Shown here one piece after another: positions 1 to 10,822 of a stretch of 20,000 nt of DNA. The DNA comes from Conidiobolus incongruus B7586 (lineage: Eukaryota), in NCBI GenBank assembly GCA_000697335.1, contig JNEM01010781.1, positions 60,833 through 80,832 of the forward strand. Direction: 5' to 3'. Under the pieces are notes generated by a model, which saw only the letters and a program-made list of their open reading frames with translations, was not told the DNA's origin and made no database searches. Position numbers and translations under genes: made by a program. Each line of letters begins with the position of its first letter. The stretch's first letter is position 1.

Positions 1-1012
1 GGATTTAGGTGAAACACGAGGATTAAGCTGAGCAACCGCAGAGAGGAAAGGGGTCAAAGTACGGAGATGGAAATCATCTTGGAACACTTGGATAACGGCT
101 TCCATCAAATATTCTTGAGCTAAGACATCTTTACAGTTGATAATTTGTTCAAGTATATCAGGAAGAATCAATGAAGAATATATATTTAAATCAATTCCCT
201 CAAGTGTAGCTAATCTGACAAGATTGGAACCGACAAGAGTTCTAAGTTCTTTACGCTCCATCTCCCTGCGTTCTCTATCCCTGGAGTGTCCTTGATGCTG
301 TAATCTAACCCAAAGCTTATTCATTTCAGTGAAATTAATTAAAGTGAACTGGATGGAATCTTTCAAGCATCCAGAAGAGCTTTCTTCTTCTGAGGTGGGT
401 AAATGATCTTTAGTCATTCCTGATAAATAATGTCTTAAAAACAATCCTCTGGTAGGATGCTGCACACCACGACACATTTCCAACATATCTTTCATAATTT
501 CACGAACAGGAGCATCGGGCATAGACATGTAAACTGAACCAACTGTGATCATTAAATAAAGTCTTGGAATGATATTTCCTGCATATTGTACCAACTCATA
601 TAAATCAGCCAAGTGATGACGATTGGATTGGTGAGCATCAGCCAAATAAGTTGTCATAAATCTAAGATTATCGAAGATTGCCATATAAAGTTCGTAGTAA
701 TGTTTTGGAGAAAGAACAGAAGTACGAAGTTCAGCAAGCATTCCTGAACAATGTTTCAAAGCATCCATCAAACGATGTTGATCCTAATAAATAGATAATT
801 AGATGTTGAACAATATTTTTAAAGTAATTATAAATTTCAAAGAAGTCACAATAAAAATATGTGCTTATTACCAAACAACGTTTCATCCCGAGAGATTGAT
901 GTTTAACTACATTAAGAGCATCGTCAAGTAGTTTAATTTGCTCTTCTACTACTAAAGTAGCAGAGCTATTGTTAATTGAAGTTCCTTTACTGCCTATTGA
1001 AGAAGATGACAT
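1..1012 (-). CDS. VPS35: Vacuolar protein sorting-associated protein 35 (retromer cargo-recognition subunit); 5' part only, continues beyond the left edge
   Basis: Exon 1 is 1012-872 (MSSSS...[20 protein letters not shown]), followed by a GT-AG intron at 871-784 and exon 2 from 783 to the window edge: [38 protein letters not shown]...[25 protein letters not shown]...[19 protein letters not shown]. Contains the hallmark PRLYL (Vps26-binding) and GVQHP motifs. Confidence 0.97.
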
Positions 1013-1550
1013 GGAATTAGGTCTAAAGATTGATCTTGAATTAGTAAATCATATCATTATATTGAAAATTAGTCAATATTGTTGAATACCTGCTTATTAA
1101 TTGGGATATAAACTAATTAAACTGTTGATAATAGGTTGAATATTAAAGATAGTAATTGATTTAAGGTTAGCTATTGATAAAACAGTATTGAAATTATAGC
1201 GTAATTTAAGATATTAATTTTTATTTTGATTATTTATTAGTCAAATTAATCAGAACGAATATAAAATTTCAAGAGTATGGGATAAATGATAATTTTAAAT
1301 TCCACAGTCCTTTCTGATTCTTATGTTTATCCAATCACTTTCTAGTGCAACGTATTTAAATTAGGTTTCCATAAATTACCAATTCTCCTAAATTTCAGGC
1401 GAATTATAACAAAGATCCTTTTGATTATTGAAAAAAAATTTTCAATCTAATTATATAAAAATAATGTTATTTAAAGAACAGTAAGCATTTTAATAGACTT
1501 ATTATTAATTTATTTTCTACTATAAATAGACTCAACCAATTCCGTATATA

Positions 1551-1573
1551 ATATATATATATATATATATATA
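1551..1573. repeat. (AT)n microsatellite, about 11 units, preceded by TATATA at 1545-1550
   Basis: Directly visible run atatatatatatatatatatata in the VPS35/WD40 divergent intergenic region. Confidence 0.9.
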
Positions 1574-2152
1574 CTATATTTCAAAAATGTATGTTAGTTA
1601 TTTATAAAATAAAAAATTTAAGAAATATTTCAAATTTTGCTATTTAATCATCTATTAATAAACACATGAATATTCATATATAATAAAATTGTAACCAAAT
1701 ATATTTTTATCTCATTTAATAGGGTTTACAATTATCTATTAAAACCAGTTATCCTTGATTTGTATATGAGTTTTTTGAGAATCATAAATCAAACTGTTAA
1801 AAATTTATGATTTTTATTAATTTCATATACATTTAATGAAATTGTATTTAAAATTAAACACCAATACATATAATAGTGTGCTTTCTAAATCATAAATTAA
1901 TGATCTAATAATCCACTATATAATAGAATATCCTAACATTACTAATTTTAAATATAATATATTCAATTAGATACTACTCTAATATTTGAACCTAATAATA
2001 TCAATATCAATTTCAAATTACACAATTACGGTTAAACCCATAAAATTGTAAATAACATTTATATTTTGAAATTTAAAATTGTTTGTGTTTGAAATTAAAA
2101 TATAAATATATATATCTAGTGTATTAATTTTGTAAACTTAATATATGCAATA

Positions 2153-4030
2153 ATGGAAGATGACCTTGATTCAATTATAAAATCAACTGAAGATATTGAA
2201 CTCTCTTATGACAAAAATCAATTTAAAAGAATTTCCAATGTGAATAACTTATTTGACTCTAGCAATCCCTCTATAAAACAAGTACTTATCTTTTATAGAA
2301 TTATTTAAAGCAATATATAACTTATTCTTTTAGGATATTATACGTATGATAAGTCAGTATCTAGTATCTGAAGGTTATACTCTAACAAATACTATATTAA
2401 ACGATGAAGCCCAATTAAAACAAATTGAATTTGAAACTTTACAAACTGATTTAAATAGGCTAAAAAGTTTAATTTTGGAAGGGAATTGGAATGAAATTAA
2501 TGAAAATTATTGTAATAAGCCTTTTTTAACTCAACATAAATATTTCTGCTATGCTGTTTATCGTCAGCAATTTTTGGAGCTTATCGAATACAGAGAAATG
2601 CAAAAAGTAGTATTTGATTTATTTTTAATTATATATTATATTAAATTATAAAATAGGCTTTTGCATTTTTAAATAAGCGTTTAAAACCTTTAGAGCACCT
2701 TGAGAGGACTTGTGGTGAATTCCAAGATATGTGTTATTTATTAACAGCCAAATCTGTGCATGAAGCAGCTTCTTTTAAAAATTGGGAAGGAGTTGGCCCT
2801 TCTAGAGAAAGGCTTGTTGAGGAATTAATGCATTTAATGGAAATTGAGGGCTTAGACCGACCTTACCAATCCAATTCTACACTTCCCCCAAACCATCTCG
2901 TTTCTTTACTCAAACAAGCAGTCGCTTACCAGGTTCAAAGCTCAAATCGATATATTCCTAATATCCAACCTAAAGTTGAAACCCTTTTACAAAGTTATAG
3001 CAGTCCAATGATTCCTAATTATTTAAAGAGAAGCTTTGTTGGTCATAAAGCAAATGTTAAGTGCTGTCAATTTATGGATTTCCAGGATAATGAATGGATT
3101 TTATCTGGTTCTAGGTAAAATTGACTTTAAATTATGTATAAAATTTATCTTAACTTATTTTAGCGATAATCATATCAAAATTTGGGATCTTGAAACATCT
3201 GAATGTGTCTACACATTAGAAGGGCATCAAGGAAGAGTATGGGATCTAGCTGTTTCCAAACTGGATCCATTTTTTGCATCTGCTTCGGGTGACTCGACAG
3301 TTAAAGTAAATTTGAGCTATATCTTGATTTTATTTTTTACTAACAACAACGCCAGATTTGGAATTTACGTCCTTCAGAATCACCTATTAACTCTCTAGTG
3401 CTTTCAGGTCACTCAAATGACGTTTATTCTGTTGATATTCATCCCAACCAACCTCAGATTGCTACTTCTGGTTATGATAAAACTGTTAGAATTTATGATA
3501 TTCACCAAGGAAATATTATTAGAACATTTTCAGGTCACACCTTATCTGTTGCCAAATCTATTTATAACCCAGAGGGAAATTTATTAATTAGTGGCTCTAA
3601 GGATAATACAGTGAAATTTTGGGATGTTTTAAGTGGAATTTGTATACGAACGCTCTCTTCACACCTTGGTGAAGTCACTTCTGTTCAACTAAATGCTGCA
3701 GGAAATCTATTATTAACCTCATCTAAAGATAGCAGCATTCGTTTATGGGATATTCGAATGACGCGTCCATTGAAGAGATTTAAGGGCCATCAAAATACCT
3801 GTAAAAATTTCATTAGAGCTAGATTTGGTCCTCAGTCTCATATTGTTGGAGGATCTGAAGATGGTTCAGTGTATTTATGGGATTTAGAGAGTGGTGAGAT
3901 GGTTCAAAAATTGAAAGGACATCAAGGCGTTGTATTTGACGTCGCATATCACCCTATTAGTTCTTCTTTAATATCGTGTTCAAATGATGGTTTGTTAATT
4001 GAATGGGGGTTTGATCCTGGCCTCTATTAA
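2153..4030 (+). CDS. LisH-CTLH domain WD40-repeat protein (WDR47/WDR26/SMU1-type architecture), 558 aa
   Basis: Exons 2153-2281, 2334-2606, 2657-3114, 3164-3305 and 3356-4030, with GT-AG introns of 49-52 nt (TACTAAC branch in intron 4), splice into one 1677-nt frame. LisH (DIIRMISQYLVSEGYTLT), CTLH (LKSLILEGNWNEI...RQQFLELIE) and LPPNHLVSLLKQAVAYQ are followed by about 7 GH...WD repeats (FVGHKANV, LEGHQGRVWD, LSGHSNDV, FSGHTLSV, LSSHLGEV, FKGHQN, LKGHQGVV). Confidence 0.9.
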
Positions 4031-5088
4031 TATATTGACATTAAAGTCCTTTATTTACATCCTTTTTGTTTGATTTATTTTATATTAAATATTTAATATT
4101 ACTTTTCAATGATATAAAGCATATCGATCATATTATCAAAGAATAATACTTTCGTAAATCTGCTTTAATATGAAGCTTAATACTAATATATTATTAATTA
4201 TAACTAATCATAATTATCATTCAAATCTATTTTAAAATTTAATTATATCATCAATTTATTGACCGAATTCTGATAAATTTTGAGTAATTTTTAAAATTGT
4301 AATTAAAGTGAAGGTTAATATTGATATTTGATCATACAATAATTTGTTACCATATACTAATGATTCCATTCTCAATTAGGAAATTATAATGTTCTTCATC
4401 TTGATAGCAAATACAAATATTTTAGTAACAAATTAGCTTTGATTCAATTACATTTGAATATGTTATTTATAAAATTCCTTGGACTTAACCAACTTTGTAT
4501 ATATTTACTTTTATTTTTTATTTCCAATGATTTCAAATATTAAGCTATATACTCACGCTTTCCTTTTATTATTTATTATTAATGTTCATTTTGGTTTTGT
4601 GTTAAATTTTATTAGTTAAAAATTTTTAAATATGATACTTTGAGCACATTAAGTTGACTGAAAATTTTGATTTTAAAATAAAGTATTACGTTTAATAAAT
4701 TTTTTTAATGATAGTTGATAGAATATAAATATATTATTTTCCAAAAATAGTTTTTTTATGAATATTAAATTAAAACCTAGATTACAATAAAATATATAGA
4801 AATATTATTTATAATATATATTAATTTTAATTTTAATTTTGTTATGATTAATATTGTAAATTTAAGGTTGAAAAAAAATTAGGGAATGTTAAAATTGAAT
4901 ATGAAATTCGTTACTATTATTTTTATTTTCATTGGTTTAATTTAAATATCTTACCAGTCTATTCAATATCAAATTTCATTACATCAACTGAATTGATAAT
5001 ATAATTCTTTCATTCCATCACAACAATCCTTTATTTAATTATATATATAAACAATATTAATTGTAAATCAAATATAAACTTCAATTAA

Positions 5089-6550
5089 ATGGAATTTCAA
5101 GACGTATTAACTAATCAACCTGTTGTCATTGATAATGTATTATATTTCTTATTTATCAAACTTTAATTCAACTGCTAATCATTTTCTCTGTTAACTTTGA
5201 ATAGGGCTCAGGAGTTATTAAATCAGGCTTCGCTGGAGCTGAAGTTCCTAAATCTTTTTTTCCTTCAATGTATTCTACATTACTCTGATCTCATTCAATT
5301 TACATATTTAATGCATAATTATATAGTGTTGGAAGACCTAAGCATGTTCGATTGATGGCAGGTGCCGTTGATGGTGATACATTTATTGGAAATCGTGCTG
5401 AAGAATTGAGAGGTTTATTAAAACTTAAATATCCCATTGAACATGGTGTTATTACTGATTGGGATGATATGGAAAGAATTTGGAGTTATATGTATACTGA
5501 AGAATTAAAAGTTATCCCTGAAGAGGTATACATATCATTTACTCTTTTTAGTTTTATTTTATTTAATTTATCTTGTAGCACCCTGTTTTAGTTACCGAAG
5601 CCCCTTGGAATCCTCGTAGAATGAGAGAAAAGATGGCTCAAGTATTCTTTGAGACTTATAATGTTCCAGCTTTTATGACCTCAATTCAAGCTATTCTCAG
5701 TTTGTAAGTTTTATGTATTTGACATCATCCACATATTGACATTATGATTGATAGGTATTCTTCAGGTCGAACTACTGGTTTAGTCTTGGATTGTGGTGAT
5801 GGTGTCACCCATTGTGTTCCCGTTTATGAAGGTTTTGCTGTCCCAACAGCTACTTTAAGAATGGATCTTGGTGGAAGGTAATTTCTATAGAATATTTTCA
5901 AATTATGCGTATGGTTAATCAGATCATAGAGATATCACTGAATATATGCAAACTCTGTTGAGAAAATCAGGATATAATTTTAGTACTACAGCTGAAATGG
6001 ATATTGTCAGAGTGATCAAAGAAAAAACTGGTTATGTTTCATTGAATGCCTATAAAGAAGACAAGGATTCTACTATTAAACCAGCTGAATTTTTATTACC
6101 TGATGGCAGACTAATCAAACTAGGTCAAGAGCGTTATAGAGCTCCTGAATTACTATTCCATCCAGAGCTCTGTGGTTATGAATACTCTAGTTTACCACAG
6201 CTATTGACCAATTCTATTGCTAAAACTGATATTGACTTGAGACCTCATTTATACCAAAATATTGTTATTGCTGGTGGTTCTACCTTATTCAAAGGTTTTG
6301 GTGACCGTCTTTTACAAGAAGTTCGTAAATTGGCATCTCGTGATACAAAGATTAAGATTATTGCTCCTCCTGAACGTAAATATAGTACATGGATTGGTGG
6401 CTCTATTCTAGCATCTCTTTCTGCTTTTAAACAGGTAAATCTAATTTTATTTTATCGTCTATTATTTGACTAAGCAAATTATAGATGTGGATTACAGCTG
6501 ATGAATACAACGAAGATCCTGATCTCATACATTCCAGAACTATTTGTTAA
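5089..6550 (+). CDS. ARP1: Actin-related protein 1 (centractin, dynactin filament subunit), 376 aa
   Basis: Exons 5089-5136, 5205-5269, 5327-5525, 5579-5703, 5755-5877, 5930-6434 and 6485-6550, all GT-AG, total 1131 nt in frame. The N-terminus [68 protein letters not shown] and [12 protein letters not shown] are Arp1-type rather than conventional actin. Confidence 0.95.
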
Positions 6551-7257
6551 TGCACCCACCCTTTCCTATCGACACTTGACTAATTATATTGTTCAATAAC
6601 ATTATAAAAATTTCTTCTGATTAATTAAATTTATATTCAAACTCTATTACATTATTTTTACTTACATGAATATTCTATCATTCTCTTACTTTTCAGTATG
6701 ATTTAACTAAACCTAAATAGTACTAATGATCAATCATCTTAACTAGATGTTTTAAATCATATTCATTTTATATTCTATTGAATCAGCACTTTAAGACATC
6801 AATTAATCCAACTATAAGATAAAATTATTCTTTTTTCATCGCATATTTTATTAGTAGAGTTTTGGTTATTTTCAAATAAATGTTCAATATTTTAAAATGA
6901 TCTAGAATAATAGTAATTTTCATTTTTTATTTGATATATCCATAAATGTATTTAATCAACTATAATTTTTTATTATATTATATACCTTAATTAATTATGA
7001 ATTAGATACTTGAAAATCTGGTATTTTATATACTAAAAGATTTTCTCCAAATAATATAATAATAATTTCAAAATATTGTTCATAGGTTGGAAATTAAGAT
7101 ATACTTGAAATCATTAGAATTATCAATGTAAAGATAATACATGTTAAATTATAATTGAAATTTGATAATATAAAAACATATATTATAATTTATTTAATTT
7201 GAAGCTTGGAAATAATATTAAAATACATAATAAATTTATAGATGAAATAACTAAGAG

Positions 7258-7881
7258 TTAGGCATATCTGTGTAGGCTATGTACTAGAGTATCCCATTTA
7301 TCACCAAATCGGTTAATTTTTTCATGTATATCATTAATCGCTTGTTCATAGGTCTTTAGTTGTGACTCTAATTTTGTCTTTTCTTCGTTGATACTCTTTC
7401 TTTTAGCTGAAGTATCCGATCTGAGCTTTAATTCATATTTCAATCGCTTCAGTGTGATATCGGATTCATTAGGCTCGAAACTTTCATCAGCCTGGCTTTT
7501 TAAGTTTTCTTCAGAGATAAATAGCAGATTATCCACATTAGCAGGCTTGCGCTTGACATTTTCTATTTTAATTTTGAGATTTTTCTTCACTTCATACAAA
7601 CGAAGCAAGTCGCGCCTTTTGTCATTATATTTGGTCTTTCTTAAGCTAATACTTTTTTCCTTTTCTTCCAAATCCTTACAAAGCAAGCGATTAGCGGCCC
7701 TGATATTATTTAATTCAATAAAAATATTCTGGTGATATTGAGCCTCTTCATGTGCGATTTTAGAATTGTCATTTTGAAAGTTAGATATAGTTTCAAATAA
7801 CTTTTGGATAGAAGCATTAGCCTCATTTATTTGTGCATCAACCTCTGTATTTGTTAAAATTGTATTGTATGCTTCAGACAT
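7258..7881 (-). CDS. THOC5: THO complex subunit 5-like (FMIP/Thoc5 N-terminal coiled-coil) protein, 207 aa, single exon
   Basis: First ATG at 7881 (the ORF track starts at an upstream TTG). Coiled-coil motifs align by eye with Thoc5 as I recall it: FIELNNIRAANR (cf. FMTLKKLNR), LLRLYEVKKNLKIKIENV (cf. LQNLLYEVMHLQKEITKC), LFISEENL (cf. LVSLEEF) and TLKRLKYELKLR (cf. TLARLDWELEQR). Confidence 0.72.
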   Translation of the reverse strand: MSEAYNTILTNTEVDAQINEANASIQKLFETISNFQNDNSKIAHEEAQYHQNIFIELNNIRAANRLLCKDLEEKEKSISLRKTKYNDKRRDLLRLYEVKKNLKIKIENVKRKPANVDNLLFISEENLKSQADESFEPNESDITLKRLKYELKLRSDTSAKRKSINEEKTKLESQLKTYEQAINDIHEKINRFGDKWDTLVHSLHRYA

Positions 7882-9631
7882 AGTCAAAAAAACTGAATAA
7901 TTAAAACTTATTAAATATTATTTAAAGTCTAAATAACCATTCAACTCCAATTTCAAAATGTATTTTAATTAATTAAAGTATCAATGTTTGGTTTATGGGA
8001 TTACCACTCTTTTTATAATCGAATATGAAAATTCACATTTAACGTCATTCAATCTAATAAATTAACTGTCCCATTCACATTCACAAAGCTAACAATACCC
8101 TTAGGTGTTTGCAATTTCAGTTTTATTAAAAAACAAATTTTAAAATAATTTATTTACCATTCATATTTCTTACTTAATGATTAAAATACCAAGTGAGATT
8201 GGATCATAATTCAACGTCTAATCAAGCCGATTTAACTGCCTCAAACATGATAAATTTATAAAATATTATATGAATGTTGATAATATAATAACCAATTTAA
8301 CCTGTCATAACGGAACTACATTTTCAAATTATACAATATATACATTGTTTTTTTCAGTGATGTATTCTTAAGTTCAATAAATTTTTATTCAAAAATTATA
8401 TCAGTATAAATCATTGGGTGCGATAAGTTATATTTTATTGAAATCATCTATAATTTACATTATTATTATCTTTGGATTTCCTCCATTATCATTGCCTTAT
8501 GAATTATTATCAATAAACGTCATGAAATAATAAACTGTAGTATCAGGGTGTTGATATAGTAATTATTATTTAAAGCATGATTTATTATATCCACATATTC
8601 GCAATAAATGTAATTTCATTTATTATGAAATTCGATGAAATAGAAAGTTTGTGCGAATTCATTATCCCTTTGAAAAATATTTAATATATTTTATAAAACA
8701 ATAATTAAAGTTCACTATAATCTATACAAAATAATTAAAACACAACTAGCTTATTATATTTTATATTTTAATTTTTATCCTCTACAATTCATAATATTAA
8801 ATTTTAAAATACTACTTGCAAATATAGTATATTACATTTGCAAGTTTTTGAACCATCAATAATATAATACTACTTCAATATATAAATTGTGATAAATTAA
8901 ATATATCAACTTTATCTTCCAGATTCACTGAATAGACCATATTTCATACACTCTCTCTAATCACCAATATATTTTTAACCTTAAATTTTCAAAATATAAC
9001 CAACCTATCATATGAACATGTATATTACTAACTAAATCAAAAATGATATAGTATGATGTAATTTATAAATTAATAATATTATTAATGTCACACTGTGATT
9101 TAAATACTCGCTAAAATACAATAAAAACATCCAATAATTAACACAATTCTAAATTTCTTGATATTTAAATAACCGTTTTATCAATAATTAAATATATAAT
9201 ATATTTTACAAACATTATTAATATATAAATATTATTTTTTCTAAATAATATTCTTGAATTGAAGTTTATTAATCAAGCCTATAAAACATTGAAATAAATG
9301 ATAAATTTGAAAATAATAAAGAGCTGAATATAGAATTAATATTAATATACTTTTAAATTAATAAAGTTCATTATTAAAAACTGTTCATTTGAATAGCAAA
9401 TAATCATTTTCAAAATTATATATATCATTATTATATTTCATCGATATATTATTATTATATACCATCAATAACATAATTTCATTAGATTTGATAATAATAA
9501 ATACACAGAAACATTATTGTAAATGATTAAAATATTACAAGGATAAAAGAGAGTTTATTAGTAAAAAATACTATTAAAAATGAACAGAAGTAGTAGCGAA
9601 GAGTGTTGAAAGCATATCAAAATTAAATCTT

Positions 9632-10655
9632 TCACCAATCTTTCTTAATTTCAAGTTCCTAAAAATATTATTAGTTTTACTAACGAAATAATTATTATAA
9701 ATCTTACCCAATTCCATTCTAGGTGAGTAACGTTATCGTCATCAATAAATTTGCTCTGAAATAGCGAAATAAATATAAAATATTCGATTATAAAATTAAA
9801 TATAAGATATTACCTTAATACTATAGGTACCACGTTGTAACATACCACTAGGAGCTTCTTCAAGTCCAAACTAATAAAATATAAGTTTACCAGAAATTAT
9901 GAGAAAAAAGCTGGTTTACCTTCTTTTCATAGGGTTCAGGATTGGGACCATAACTTCCAAGCATCTCTTGACGTTTTTCCACTGTTATTTCATATAAATT
10001 ATCAATTTATGCAGAATAATAATTTGAAATATATAACTTACAGGTTACACCCATGCGTTTAACAGCATGAAGGTACTTGAGACCAGATACAACTTCGTGT
10101 TGAATTCTAAAAAAGAAGCAATTTAGAACCGATATACTTCAGAAATAGATATCAATTACTTGAATTTGATTTTGAGACAATATTCAATTCCTTCTTTGAT
10201 TGAGATGGTGAGCCTTTGGTCTTGAAGGTTAGCTAATAAAAGAAAGAGATGAATTTCCAAGGAGATAAGTGAATGTGTGTTTAATTACCTTGGGTGAGAT
10301 CTAAAACTACATCAGGTCTACCGGCAACTTCCATAGCGAGACTATGAACGATAACCTAATTAAAATTATTATAATTAAACTATTTTAAGGAGAGAATAAT
10401 TCTGGCAAACATACCTTTCTTGGGTCACTCGAGTCAGAAGCACCTAGATAATAAAAATTAGTACGTAATAAATGGAATGAAAGTAAGAATAGTACTAGCA
10501 GCAGCACTTAAGCCAAGAGAAGCTTTCCATCTAGCAAGAGATTCATCTTCGGCATCTAAATTTTGGAGTTCTTGAATGGTTTTCTTCTCTCCTACCTTAT
10601 ATCCTTCGGTAGTGGTAGGAATCAATTCATCATCTTTTACTTGAGGTTCAGCCAT
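9632..10655 (-). CDS. RDI1: Rho GDP-dissociation inhibitor, 195 aa, 9 exons
   Basis: Exons 10655-10496, 10443-10415, 10355-10289, 10232-10160, 10106-10042, 9981-9920, 9870-9814, 9755-9708 and 9658-9632, all GT-AG, total 588 nt in frame. Motifs: GYKVGEKKTI, LDAEDESLARWKASL, IKEGIEY, HEVVSGLKY, EMLGSYGP, EEAPSGMLQRGTY, SKFIDDDNVTHLEWNW and EIKKDW*. Confidence 0.97.
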
Positions 10656-10806
10656 GTTATAATGCAATTGAAATTGTAAATCAATTAAAAACGCAAATCA
10701 GTACTAATGAATAGCTGAATTTTAGACGCAAGTCATGTTAAATTCATTTTTCACAATAGAACTCTGTCAAATTTAACCAATATAATTCAAATATTCCATT
10801 GACTTC

Positions 10807-10822
10807 AGCCAATCATCCGCCC
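10807..10822. promoter_or_regulatory. CCAAT box (AGCCAATCA) next to a GC box (CCGCCC), about 150 bp upstream of the RDI1 ATG
   Basis: The sequence agccaatcatccgccc stands out in AT-rich DNA and matches the NF-Y/HAP consensus. Function is inferred from position only. Confidence 0.45.

Noticed and set aside
731..871. C-terminal half of the 93-aa ORF 731-1012
   Set aside because: It is read-through into the VPS35 intron and then an out-of-frame part of exon 2. The same applies to the intron-derived ends of the ORFs at 2346, 3036, 5352, 5946, 10458 and 13232.
3115..3163. Possible U12-type intron (ATCTTAAC close to the AG); also ARP1 intron 2 donor GTATTCTA
   Set aside because: The donors lack the U12 consensus RTATCCTT. 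All reconstructed introns fit ordinary U2-type GT-AG.
7388..7735. 115-aa plus-strand ORF
   Set aside because: It is the antisense shadow of the THOC5-like gene, has a non-ATG start, and its F/L/S-rich composition is typical of such shadows.
9632..9634. TGA of RDI1 as selenocysteine or readthrough
   Set aside because: KKDW* is the normal RhoGDI C-terminus and I saw no SECIS-like element downstream.
5089..10655. VPS35, ARP1 and RDI1 as a functional trafficking/cytoskeleton gene cluster
   Set aside because: These are housekeeping genes interleaved with unrelated ones. Nothing in the sequence supports co-regulation without synteny data.
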